The translations under genes were made by a program, and so were the position numbers. A stretch of DNA of 64,000 bases from Clostridia bacterium. GTDB lineage: Bacteria; Bacillota; Clostridia; UBA1381; UMGS1253. The DNA is taken from positions 15,605 through 79,604 of the forward strand of contig JAZSQB010000023.1 in assembly GCA_045537695.1 (NCBI GenBank), in the 5' to 3' direction. The notes below the pieces were generated by a model that was not told the origin of the DNA, did not search any database, and was given only the letters and a program-made list of their open reading frames with translations. Shown piece after piece: positions 20,988 through 29,839 of this stretch. Every line of letters starts with the position of its first letter. Position 1 is the stretch's first letter.

Positions 20988-22556
20988 TTACTTTTCACCT
21001 TCTGCACTGAGCTTAACTATGATTGTGTCTTCTAAAACCGCTACGCACCCATTCATCGGCCACAGCGGCATCGCTTGTACTTCCGGACTCTGTGCAAGCA
21101 TTTGCTTTTCTTCGCCGCTGACAAAGTCATAGTGCTTGTCGCAATAATCATTCAGCGCACTACACCATACGCTCTGTCCAACGGTTTCATCATCCGCGCG
21201 CAGTATATATCCTTCGGTGATGCCTGTGATATCCGGCGTCAGATTGACGCTATAGTCTTCACTGTTATCCAAAGCACCAAGCACAAGAATCTTCTCGCAC
21301 TTCTCCGCGCCCGGTATGCGGTCAATTCTGTCCGCCAGGCGCATCAGAACGCCATAGGATTTTTCATAGGCAATTTGTGCTTTATGGTAGCTTACATTCG
21401 CAATAACAACCTGGTTTGCAATAATGCCGAGGGTAAGCAATAGTACAAGCCAGCATTTTGCGTGCGCATGCCACTGCACTGTATCTGTGCCGCGCTCATA
21501 GAGCACGATGAAAAACAAATAAAATACCGCATAGCCCATCAGCATCAGATTGTGATAGTCCACACCGGCGTTTACAAATGCCAGTGCGCCTGCGCCCACG
21601 ATGAGCATAACGCTTAGAATTGCGAGAAAGAAAATATTCGCCGGCTTTTTATAAAGCTGATGCACTACAATATATTTAATGTAGTGCGCCAGTGTAACCA
21701 CTACAAGGCAGGCATTTAAAACCACATATACATTCACCCCTTCAGAGATATCAAAAAAGCAGTCCAAAAACGTTTCTTTGATCGCATACAACGAACCAAG
21801 TATATTAATGCTCGACAGCGATGCCGATGTATTGATACCCTGATAATCCAAAAGCGTTGTCGAAAAAATACTGAGCAGAATTTTTAGAATGACTGCATAG
21901 AAAACTACGCCAAGCACGCCCGAAAAAAGCATCCATAAGCTTTTTTTAAAAACGGTGCCAAAAGGCGCGTGCTGATAAATAATCTCATCAATCAGCTTGA
22001 GGAGTACAAGCATAATGGTCACGGTAATATACGCCTGATAAATACCGCACGCCAGAGCAACAAGTACAGAGGCAAGTATGTAATTCGGCTTTTCCTGCGT
22101 CATAAAGACGGCTGCAAGCGTGGCAAGGAAAAAAGCGATACTGTAGCCGTCGGCTACATAGTTATACATCATAACCGAGGTAACCGTCGGAAACGATACC
22201 AGGACGGCGCCGATTAAAAACGCCGTAATATTCTTCTCTGCATTGAGGATTCTGCAAACGCATACCGCGCCGAGCGCGTGAAACACAATTGCGACTATGC
22301 CGTTTAAAAACGGCAAATCGTAAAACGATGTAAAGGAGCAAGCCACCGGCAAAAACCATCTGCCGAGCCCAAGCATATTCTGCGCATCGTAGCGAAACAC
22401 CAACGAATCCCAGTTCGGCAGCCAGCCGGTGATTTTATATAAATGTGCAAGCAGTCCTACCAGTATGGCTGCAAAAAAACAGACCTTCCACTGCGGCAGA
22501 ATCGCATCATTGAATTTTTTCAATACCTTTTCCGGCAAACTTACCACTCCAGCCAT
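20988..22556 (-). CDS. polytopic membrane protein, GtrII-like / GT-C-type glycosyltransferase candidate
   Basis: 522 aa with about 11 TM helices followed by a ~150-aa soluble C-terminal domain. The N-terminal region resembles Glucos_trans_II family members from memory. Confidence 0.5.
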   Translation of the reverse strand: MAGVVSLPEKVLKKFNDAILPQWKVCFFAAILVGLLAHLYKITGWLPNWDSLVFRYDAQNMLGLGRWFLPVACSFTSFYDLPFLNGIVAIVFHALGAVCVCRILNAEKNITAFLIGAVLVSFPTVTSVMMYNYVADGYSIAFFLATLAAVFMTQEKPNYILASVLVALACGIYQAYITVTIMLVLLKLIDEIIYQHAPFGTVFKKSLWMLFSGVLGVVFYAVILKILLSIFSTTLLDYQGINTSASLSSINILGSLYAIKETFLDCFFDISEGVNVYVVLNACLVVVTLAHYIKYIVVHQLYKKPANIFFLAILSVMLIVGAGALAFVNAGVDYHNLMLMGYAVFYLFFIVLYERGTDTVQWHAHAKCWLVLLLTLGIIANQVVIANVSYHKAQIAYEKSYGVLMRLADRIDRIPGAEKCEKILVLGALDNSEDYSVNLTPDITGITEGYILRADDETVGQSVWCSALNDYCDKHYDFVSGEEKQMLAQSPEVQAMPLWPMNGCVAVLEDTIIVKLSAEGEK

Positions 22557-23275
22557 TTGAATATATGCAAAAACTTCCCATACAGCTTGTCATACAGCTT
22601 TACGCCAATCAATCGTTTCATAAACAGCGTTCTTTTCGCCGCCGGCGAAATCCAGGATGCGCAAAAATGATGTATGGAATATGTATTTTTCGTTATTTTC
22701 TTCTTCCCTGTGTAATACTTCATCGGGCAAAGATACTCTTCCGGCAACACACGAATATCCATAAAAATCTGATCCTGCTTAGAAATATCCATACCAAGCG
22801 CTTGCATTGTTTTTGTGTTTCTGTCCGGGCACGGCAACAAATCATAGGTGCCGTCCGGCAGTAAAAACGAGATATTGTCATAATCTGCAAGCAATGCACC
22901 AATCAGTGCATTTCCTTGTTCGCAGGCAAAACCAAGTCCGGTGGAAATCACACCGTTGTCGTCAAAGCCCATATAGCCGCTTTCTTCCAGCAACTTGTCA
23001 ATCGGCTTTAAAAGCTCCACATCAGTGTCCATATAAACGCCGCCCGACTCATAGAGCACTTTAAGCCTTGCAAAATCGCTTACAAACGCCCACTTGCCGG
23101 CTTCGTATGCTTCTTTGGCATATCGGTTCTGATTTATATCAAAATTTTCTTCGTTAATGCAAACAATTTCGTAATCGGGGCAATACTTTTTCCAGCTTGC
23201 AATGCACTTTTCGGCAAGCGCCGGCATTTTGCCTTTTCCAAACCAGCAATAGTAAATGACTTTCGGAATACGCAT
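22541..23275 (-). CDS. GT32-like DXD glycosyltransferase (capsule-synthesis type)
   Basis: IPKVIYYCWFGKGKMP...SDFARLKVLYESGGVYMDTDVELL. Confidence 0.75.
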   Translation of the reverse strand: MRIPKVIYYCWFGKGKMPALAEKCIASWKKYCPDYEIVCINEENFDINQNRYAKEAYEAGKWAFVSDFARLKVLYESGGVYMDTDVELLKPIDKLLEESGYMGFDDNGVISTGLGFACEQGNALIGALLADYDNISFLLPDGTYDLLPCPDRNTKTMQALGMDISKQDQIFMDIRVLPEEYLCPMKYYTGKKKITKNTYSIHHFCASWISPAAKRTLFMKRLIGVKLYDKLYGKFLHIFKWLEW

Positions 23276-24777
23276 TACTCTTCCTTCCCCCTGTAGAATT
23301 CAAAAATCGTTTTAAACGCAGATTTATGAAATACGAAATTCACAAGCACGAACAATGCCACAATCCAAACAGTATGAAGCACGCCATACAGCAAGAGTTT
23401 CCAAAAAGAAACATTGCTGAACGCATCGACATAGAATATCGCCATTACCGCCGCAAAGACCGCAGCGTTTACAAGCACAATTTTATAGGTACACATCCGG
23501 CTTCTGCCCAGTATATGCCGATTGGTATAGCCAATGGTCACAATACCGCGATACAAAAGCGCCGCAATGGTGCCAAAGATGGCGCCGCATATGCCCATAT
23601 ACCAAATCCCTGCGACAGAAAGCGTAATGTTAATTACCATTTCCCAACTTGCGTGCGAACGTGTTTTTTCAAAGCCGCCCGCATATTCAATCACGCCGTT
23701 CACCGGCAGTTTGGCATTTGCAACCAAATTCATAAGCACAAAGAGCAGCACCAAAAATGTATTGGTGTATTCCGCGTCATTTATGCCGTTTGTATAAATC
23801 TGTATCAGCGGCAGTAAAAACACTGCCATCAGCGTATAAATGATGTAGGTTCCCATAATATAGAACGTTTCGTACGCATGAAACAAGCGATCAAACTTCA
23901 CTCTATCAATATAAAACATCTGCCCCAAAGCAAAGGTAAACGACGAAACAACGCTCGTTATAAAGGTCTGCACCTGCGAAAAAAATATGTTATAGATGGC
24001 ATAGATGCTTGCCGCCTCAAAACCGCAAAGCGCAGAAATTAAAATCACATCGGTATTATTAAACACCATTCCCGAAAGCTGATGCACCAAAACCGAATTT
24101 TTCTGCGAAATAGCGTCAAAATCGGGCTTTGCTTTTAAATCCAGCCACTTGTATCTGCGTTTTGCATAGAAATACAAAAACACAAGCTGTGCCATATAAA
24201 TGATGCAGTATACCAACTGAATCAGAATCAGGCTGTCCGACAAAATCAAAACAAGGATTTTACCCACGTTGGATGCGAGCTGCAAGACGGTTTCGGCATT
24301 GTTTAATATATACTTTCTGCCGTCCACTTCCATCAGTATTCTGTATTTAGCCTGCACAAAATAACTAAACAGTGCCGGCAAAGCCGTTAAAATAATCAGG
24401 AAAAATACTGTATGGCTGTCAATCGATGTCGGAATAACATACGCATATACAACCGCAATCGCCAGTACAATCGCAAGGTAGATAACTCCAGTTTTTATAT
24501 AGTAAGCGTGTGTTGCCGAAAGGACTTCGCTTGCACGCTTATAATCCTGCTTACCGATTCGTTTATACAACGCCTGTGTTGTCGCAAGCCCTACCCCTGC
24601 TTCTAAAAGGCACATATATGTAAAAATTTGCTTGATGGTGGAAAGTACACCGTTGACTTCCGAGCCGAAATTTTCCAGATACAATCTCGGCAAAAGAAAG
24701 CTGAGCGATATGAGCACAATCTGATATATGAGCGACGATATCAGGTTGTTTTTTATTCTGGAATCTTTATTCGCCAT
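23275..24777 (-). CDS. Wzx-type flippase (MOP/PST family)
   Basis: 500 aa with about 12-14 TM helices. N-terminal pattern of polysaccharide-biosynthesis (PST) exporters. Confidence 0.8.
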   Translation of the reverse strand: MANKDSRIKNNLISSLIYQIVLISLSFLLPRLYLENFGSEVNGVLSTIKQIFTYMCLLEAGVGLATTQALYKRIGKQDYKRASEVLSATHAYYIKTGVIYLAIVLAIAVVYAYVIPTSIDSHTVFFLIILTALPALFSYFVQAKYRILMEVDGRKYILNNAETVLQLASNVGKILVLILSDSLILIQLVYCIIYMAQLVFLYFYAKRRYKWLDLKAKPDFDAISQKNSVLVHQLSGMVFNNTDVILISALCGFEAASIYAIYNIFFSQVQTFITSVVSSFTFALGQMFYIDRVKFDRLFHAYETFYIMGTYIIYTLMAVFLLPLIQIYTNGINDAEYTNTFLVLLFVLMNLVANAKLPVNGVIEYAGGFEKTRSHASWEMVINITLSVAGIWYMGICGAIFGTIAALLYRGIVTIGYTNRHILGRSRMCTYKIVLVNAAVFAAVMAIFYVDAFSNVSFWKLLLYGVLHTVWIVALFVLVNFVFHKSAFKTIFEFYRGKEE

Positions 24778-24801
24778 ACCGCCACCTCCGTACAGACGCT
24801 T

Positions 24802-25362
24802 TTAAACACAGTTGCAAATATAATCTGCAGTTGCATTTTCTTTCAGAATGATTTTGCCTGGGTTGCCTATCACAATGCTGTGCGCCGGCACATCGAAATT
24901 TACATAGGTCAGCGGCGCAATCAAAACATCGCTGCCGATATGTACATTGCCGACAATAACGGCGTTGGTGCCGATCCAGCAACAATCGCCAATCACCGGC
25001 GTTCCCTTCCGCTTACCGCGGTTTTCCATACCGATGGTTACCCCTGTACCGATATTGATATTTTTTCCAAGCTTTGCATCCGGGTGAATAATCACACGCC
25101 CGAGATGCCCGATATACAAGCCTTCCCCGATACTCGTTCTTGCCGGAATCTGAATTTGCGTCTTGTTAGACATATGCATCAGGCGAAGCATATACAAAAG
25201 CTTCAGCGGCAAAAACTTGCAACTATTGGCTTTGCGCAATACAGATATGTACTTAATTTCAAGCGGTCTGAAAACTTTTTTTAAAAACGGCTCGCCGCTT
25301 TCACCGTAATATCTGTATAAATCCTTTTTAAAAACACTGTTCATAGCCAAAATCTCTCTCAT
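24802..25362 (-). CDS. hexapeptide-repeat O-acetyltransferase (serine-acetyltransferase-like)
   Basis: Left-handed beta-helix repeats IGEGLYIGHLGRVIIHPDAKLGKNINIGTGVTIG...IGTNAVIVGNVHIGSDVLI. The start could also be ATG 25344. Confidence 0.8.
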   Translation of the reverse strand: MREILAMNSVFKKDLYRYYGESGEPFLKKVFRPLEIKYISVLRKANSCKFLPLKLLYMLRLMHMSNKTQIQIPARTSIGEGLYIGHLGRVIIHPDAKLGKNINIGTGVTIGMENRGKRKGTPVIGDCCWIGTNAVIVGNVHIGSDVLIAPLTYVNFDVPAHSIVIGNPGKIILKENATADYICNCV

Positions 25363-25733
25363 TTGCCCTCAAGGCATAATTTTCTTGTGATAAAATTGTA
25401 AATGAGCACGAGCGCGGTTGCCAGAATTTTGATAAACAGGTAATGCCAAGCCGTAAACGTTACGCCTGCCCATAAAATGATTTCATTTAACACCAGACCA
25501 CCTGCGCTGAGCACAAAAAACAAGACAAATTCCTTAATTTTACTTTGTTTTTTGCTTTTAAAAACAAAGGTCATGCTTAAAATATAGTTTACGATTACCG
25601 AAACACAAAACGCAATTGCCGCGGCGAGCAATATATCAACGTGCAAAAGCTCCTTTAAGCCGACAAGCACGCCAAAATCCACAATCGTAGCAATAACGCC
25701 CACGATGCCAAAACGAATCAATTGTCGTATCAT
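25359..25733 (-). CDS. GtrA-family small membrane protein
   Basis: MIRQLIRFGIVGVIATIVDFG... with 4 TM helices. The upstream 38 codons of the ORF-track model overlap a terminator hairpin, so I trimmed them. Confidence 0.8.
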   Translation of the reverse strand: MIRQLIRFGIVGVIATIVDFGVLVGLKELLHVDILLAAAIAFCVSVIVNYILSMTFVFKSKKQSKIKEFVLFFVLSAGGLVLNEIILWAGVTFTAWHYLFIKILATALVLIYNFITRKLCLEGK

Positions 25734-25813
25734 TTTGCGTTTCACCTCACGTATAGCAGCCGGATAGAATGTAAAACATAGGCTAATTTTACAATCCCTC
25801 AGTCTTTTGCTTC

Positions 25814-25844
25814 GCAAAATCCAGCTCCCTTTACACAAGGGAGC
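25814..25844 (-). terminator. possible terminator after the diguanylate cyclase gene
   Basis: GCTCCCTT-N5-AAGGGAGC hairpin. On the minus strand it is followed by UGGAUUUUG, a short U-run. Confidence 0.45.
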
Positions 25845-25877
25845 CATTTATATGCGCGCAATTAGACTGCAGCATAC

Positions 25878-28178
25878 TTATTCCTTGGAAAACACCCAAA
25901 GCGTTTCCTTGACATCATCTTTGTCATTCGACAGATTATAAACGCTGAGAATCACAGTTTCGCCATCTGTCTTTTTATACGTGATGGACGGCACTTTGCC
26001 CTCGGCAATCTGCCGTTTAATCGCATCGTAATTCAAAAAGCTCATAACCGCTCTGCGGAAATCCGCCTGCACAGTGTCATCTATGTATTTTTTCAACAGT
26101 TTGGAGAAATGCGCTTCGTCTTCTCTATACCCAAGATAGGACGGCATCAAAATGCGATACGCATTATCCGTTTCCAGCGACACTCTGTAAATACCGTTAT
26201 AATGTTCTTTTAAAATGGAAATCATTGTATCGATTTCGCGGATACCGGTCTTGACCTGACTAAACTCTTTCTCCTCATCCTTCGAAACAACTACATTTTC
26301 CTTATTCTGATAGTACTGCGCTTTCGCTTCATACATTCTGATTTCCGCTTCGCGCACCATTTCTTCACAGCTTGCATGGCGCGTTCTAAAGGACATACCA
26401 ATCGCTACGTGATATCCCTTTACAGCCAGTTGCTCGACAAAGATTCCAATTTTCTTCTGAATGCGCGCCTGATCTGCCTTGGTCGTAAATACCAAAAATT
26501 CATCGCCACCCATACGGTATATCTTATGTCCGTAGAATACCTCTTTCAGCGAATTTGCAATATAGATAAGCATTTCATCGCCCGCTGCATGACCGTACTT
26601 ATTATTTCTAAGGTGCAGCTCGTTTACGTCGATATAGATGCAGGAAACCTCTTCCGGCTTTTCTGCATCCATCACCAAGCTATCCTTATTGTAGGATACG
26701 CGGTTTAAGGCGCCGGTCAGGGAGTCCGTTGTTGCCGCAAGCTCCGTTCTGTTTAAGTGCTTTTTGTTGTACATTGCAATGGCAAAGCACGCAGCGACAT
26801 CTTCAATCAGCTTTCTTGTAAGCATACTTTTCTTGGTATTAATCGTACCCAAAATGCTTACATGATTGTTCTGGTTAGTCACAATAGCAAAAGATATATC
26901 TTTAATCTCATGCTTTACAAGGAAGTTATATAACTTCTCATTCGTTTGTAAAAGATGCTTATTCGGCAGAATACGCATAAAACCGTTTGTGAGCTGGTTG
27001 TTGTTATATAGATTTGCCGCGTATCTGAAAAGCTCCGCGTGGAAATACATTCTATCCTCGCCGATTAAAAGTTTTTCTTTCAAAGCAGGCTTGATATAGA
27101 AATAATCCTCACCGTCGGTGTCCGCAAAGAAAGCAGATCGTGCACCCGAAAATTCCTTGATATTTTTAATGGATTCCGTAATGTTTGTGTTCTTTTCATT
27201 GATTTCCAAAAGCAATTTTCTGATGCTTGCCGTACTCTCGTTTAACTTTCTTCTGTCTTTTACGCTTTTCATAACAATCTGCAGATAGACCACCATGATT
27301 ATAACCATCAGGAGAAAACTAACAAGCAGATTATTGGTGATTTGATGCGTTTCGGCAAACACCTGCGTCTCATAGCGGGCAAGCATAATGCCCCAGCCAA
27401 AATCTTCCATAATGGAATAATGCACATACAAGTCTTCTCCCGTGCGGATAGACTTAAACGAAGTAAAGCCTTTGTCTGTATTAACCAGTTCTTCATAGGA
27501 ATACCCGTCGTTATACTCACGATTCTTAAGCTGCGACAGCTCGCCCGGGTCCGCATCTATGGTATCAATGACAAACTTACCGGTTGCCTTATCGTAGACA
27601 AAAAGCTGCGCGTCCAATTCCTGCGCCATCAGATTATATTTTGCCGAAAGCGTTTTTAAATGCATAACGCCGTACAAAACGCCGACCGTCTGCCCGTTTA
27701 CCTTAATCGGAACGGCACTTCTTACAATGTCACCGCCGAAGCCTGTCAGATCAGGCACGCGTCCGCTGATATACTCCCCGCGCGCCGCTTCTTCTGCAAA
27801 AGAAATTTTACCGTTTAAATCAACGCTGCCCATTTTTGTTACAAAAGTGTTATCCGCATTTAAGATGCCAACATTGGAAAACAGACCGATTGGCTTAAAA
27901 GAGTCAAACAAAAGGCTGTAGTTTTCCCCATCCGCATAAAGCTTGGCTGCAAAGTTTGCCATCGTCACGAGATTTTCGCGATCGGATTTTAGCTGCAGCG
28001 TAAGGTCATCCTTTATTTGTTTGGTCTGGATATGCAGCATTTCATACGCTTCATCCTCCGCAGAAAAGTAAAAGGAAGTGGCCGTAGCTAAAAACACCAC
28101 GCATATTAAAACAGCAGTGATAACCGTATATAAAACATTATTTTGTCTACGCTTATTTTGTTCATATGTAATTGGCAT
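25878..28178 (-). CDS. sensor diguanylate cyclase (TM - dCache-like - TM - linker/GAF-like - GGDEF - unknown C-terminal domain)
   Basis: 766 aa. Intact active-site residues (IDVNELHLRNNKYGHAAGDE ... RMGGDEFLVF) and no RxxD I-site. The periplasmic ~250 aa between two TM helices has a Cache-like pattern. About 150 aa lie after the GGDEF domain. Confidence 0.9.
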   Translation of the reverse strand: MPITYEQNKRRQNNVLYTVITAVLICVVFLATATSFYFSAEDEAYEMLHIQTKQIKDDLTLQLKSDRENLVTMANFAAKLYADGENYSLLFDSFKPIGLFSNVGILNADNTFVTKMGSVDLNGKISFAEEAARGEYISGRVPDLTGFGGDIVRSAVPIKVNGQTVGVLYGVMHLKTLSAKYNLMAQELDAQLFVYDKATGKFVIDTIDADPGELSQLKNREYNDGYSYEELVNTDKGFTSFKSIRTGEDLYVHYSIMEDFGWGIMLARYETQVFAETHQITNNLLVSFLLMVIIMVVYLQIVMKSVKDRRKLNESTASIRKLLLEINEKNTNITESIKNIKEFSGARSAFFADTDGEDYFYIKPALKEKLLIGEDRMYFHAELFRYAANLYNNNQLTNGFMRILPNKHLLQTNEKLYNFLVKHEIKDISFAIVTNQNNHVSILGTINTKKSMLTRKLIEDVAACFAIAMYNKKHLNRTELAATTDSLTGALNRVSYNKDSLVMDAEKPEEVSCIYIDVNELHLRNNKYGHAAGDEMLIYIANSLKEVFYGHKIYRMGGDEFLVFTTKADQARIQKKIGIFVEQLAVKGYHVAIGMSFRTRHASCEEMVREAEIRMYEAKAQYYQNKENVVVSKDEEKEFSQVKTGIREIDTMISILKEHYNGIYRVSLETDNAYRILMPSYLGYREDEAHFSKLLKKYIDDTVQADFRRAVMSFLNYDAIKRQIAEGKVPSITYKKTDGETVILSVYNLSNDKDDVKETLWVFSKE

Positions 28179-28339
28179 TTTATTACATCTTCTTTCTTAA
28201 ATTTGTATATAAATACACCTATCTTATATTATACTATTTGTTCATTAATTTTTCAAGAGTTTTTTTGTATAGGTTTATAATAGATATGCTATACTGCGGC
28301 ATATTTTTACGAGTGAGCTCTCAACAAAATATTTCGGAC

Positions 28340-28416
28340 AAAAAAATACGGAAACTTTCCAAAATATGTTATAGTTAAGTAACATTACCAAACTAAACAA
28401 AAATGGGTTTCCGTAT
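28340..28416 (-). terminator. possible long-loop terminator after spoVAE
   Basis: ATACGGAAAC (28346-28355) pairs with GTTTCCGTAT (28407-28416). On the minus strand it is followed by a 7-U run. The loop is unusually long at about 50 nt. Confidence 0.35.
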
Positions 28417-28448
28417 ATGCAAACTATAATACAAGCAATATTATTAAT

Positions 28449-28811
28449 TTACTTCTTGTTCTTCACCTTCGGTGAAAACAAAAGTGCAATCAGATAACCA
28501 AAAAATATAGCGGCACCGATACCGGCCGCAGCGGTCTTGATGCCGCCGGAAAATGCACCAATCAGACCATTTTCCGCCACGCCTTCGCGCGCTCCCTTGC
28601 CGAGCAGATAACCAAAACCGGAAATCGGCACAGTTACGCCGGCGCCGGCAAATTCAACTAACGGCTGATAAAGCCCCAGTAAACTAAGAACAACGCCGAC
28701 GCAAACAAAACCAACCAGTATTTTCGCCGGAGTCAGCTTCGTTTTATCGATCAAAACTTGACCGATGGCGCAAAAAATACCGCCAACAATAAATGCTTTT
28801 ACATACATCAT
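28449..28811 (-). CDS. spoVAE: stage V sporulation protein AE (SpoVAEB-type)
   Basis: 120 aa, 4 TM, KAFIVGGIFCAIGQVLID...VPISGFGY. Overlaps spoVAD by 4 nt. Confidence 0.9.
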   Translation of the reverse strand: MMYVKAFIVGGIFCAIGQVLIDKTKLTPAKILVGFVCVGVVLSLLGLYQPLVEFAGAGVTVPISGFGYLLGKGAREGVAENGLIGAFSGGIKTAAAGIGAAIFFGYLIALLFSPKVKNKK

Positions 28812-29830
28812 ACCTCAAGACTCCTTTGTATGCAGACTGCATGAGCAATACCCGGAATGCTCTCCCCCTGCAAAAGCGAGAGCGGACTCATCAACGCCCC
28901 TGTGCAAACCAGTAATACTCGTTTCAGCGCACCGCTGCGTATTCTATCCAGAATATACCCACAAAACGTAATTGCGCTGCAGCCGCACCCGCTGCCACCA
29001 GCGTGCACATCCTGCCGCTCTATATCGAATACCATACGCCCGCAATCATCGTAGTTTTTGGAAACATCTATACCATTCTTCCCAAGCATATCTTTGGCTA
29101 TCGACCAGCCAACCTCTCCCAAGTCCCCCGTGACAATCAAATCATAATCTGTTGCTTTTCTTTCTGTATCCCGCAAATGCGTTGTAATGGTATCTACAGC
29201 TGCCGGTGCCATAGCTGCGCCCATATTGTTCACATCGCTGATGCCCATATCTACAATTTTGCCGGTTGTAATATGGGTAATATAGGGGCCGACACCATTA
29301 GATTCCAAAACTGCTGCGCCAGCGCCCGTTACCGTCCATTGTGCGGTCGGTGTGCGCTGACCTCCATATTCCAACGGAAAGCGAAACTGCTTTTCAGAGG
29401 AGCAAAAATGACTGGAGGTCATTGCAAGCGACGTATCGGCAAATCCGCCATCTATTAGCATAGATGCAAGCGATATGCTTTCTGCCATCGTCGAGCAAGC
29501 GCCATACAGACCAAAAAACGGAATGCCCGTATCACAGAGTGCATAATGCGTACCGCAGCACTGGTTTAACAAATCTCCCGCAAGCGCATACTGAATATCC
29601 CCAAGCGTTTTATTTGCCTTTGCAATGGCTTTTTGCATTACGGTTCTCTGCAGCTTACTCTCTGCTTTTTCCCAGGTTTTTTCTCCATACATATCATCAC
29701 TTAAAATTTCATCATAATAACCCGCTAGTGGGCCTTTGCCTTCCTTGCTGCCGGCGATGCACGCCGAAGCAGAGATGCTGACTGGTTTTGTCAGCTGAAT
29801 TGTTGCTCTACCCATACGTTTTTTTGCCAT
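28808..29830 (-). CDS. spoVAD: stage V sporulation protein AD
   Basis: 340 aa. Thiolase-like fold pattern characteristic of SpoVAD (GRATIQL...AGSKEGKGPL...YGACSTM...). Confidence 0.92.
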   Translation of the reverse strand: MAKKRMGRATIQLTKPVSISASACIAGSKEGKGPLAGYYDEILSDDMYGEKTWEKAESKLQRTVMQKAIAKANKTLGDIQYALAGDLLNQCCGTHYALCDTGIPFFGLYGACSTMAESISLASMLIDGGFADTSLAMTSSHFCSSEKQFRFPLEYGGQRTPTAQWTVTGAGAAVLESNGVGPYITHITTGKIVDMGISDVNNMGAAMAPAAVDTITTHLRDTERKATDYDLIVTGDLGEVGWSIAKDMLGKNGIDVSKNYDDCGRMVFDIERQDVHAGGSGCGCSAITFCGYILDRIRSGALKRVLLVCTGALMSPLSLLQGESIPGIAHAVCIQRSLEV

Positions 29831-29839
29831 CAGCTCACC

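Noticed and set aside
25734-25847. 38-codon 5' extension of the GtrA ORF.
   Set aside because: It overlaps the hairpin at 25824-25844. GtrA-family proteins begin right at the MIRQLIRFGIVG-type motif.
25734-25877. I looked for a c-di-GMP riboswitch (GEMM-I/II) upstream of the EPS operon, and similarly at 28179-28448.
   Set aside because: No GEMM-like conserved segments or paired helices were recognisable. Only a simple hairpin is present.
28172-28378. 68-aa ORF in the AT-rich spacer upstream of the cyclase gene.
   Set aside because: Its Phe/Tyr/Ile/Leu-rich translation is typical of AT-rich non-coding DNA, and it has no RBS.
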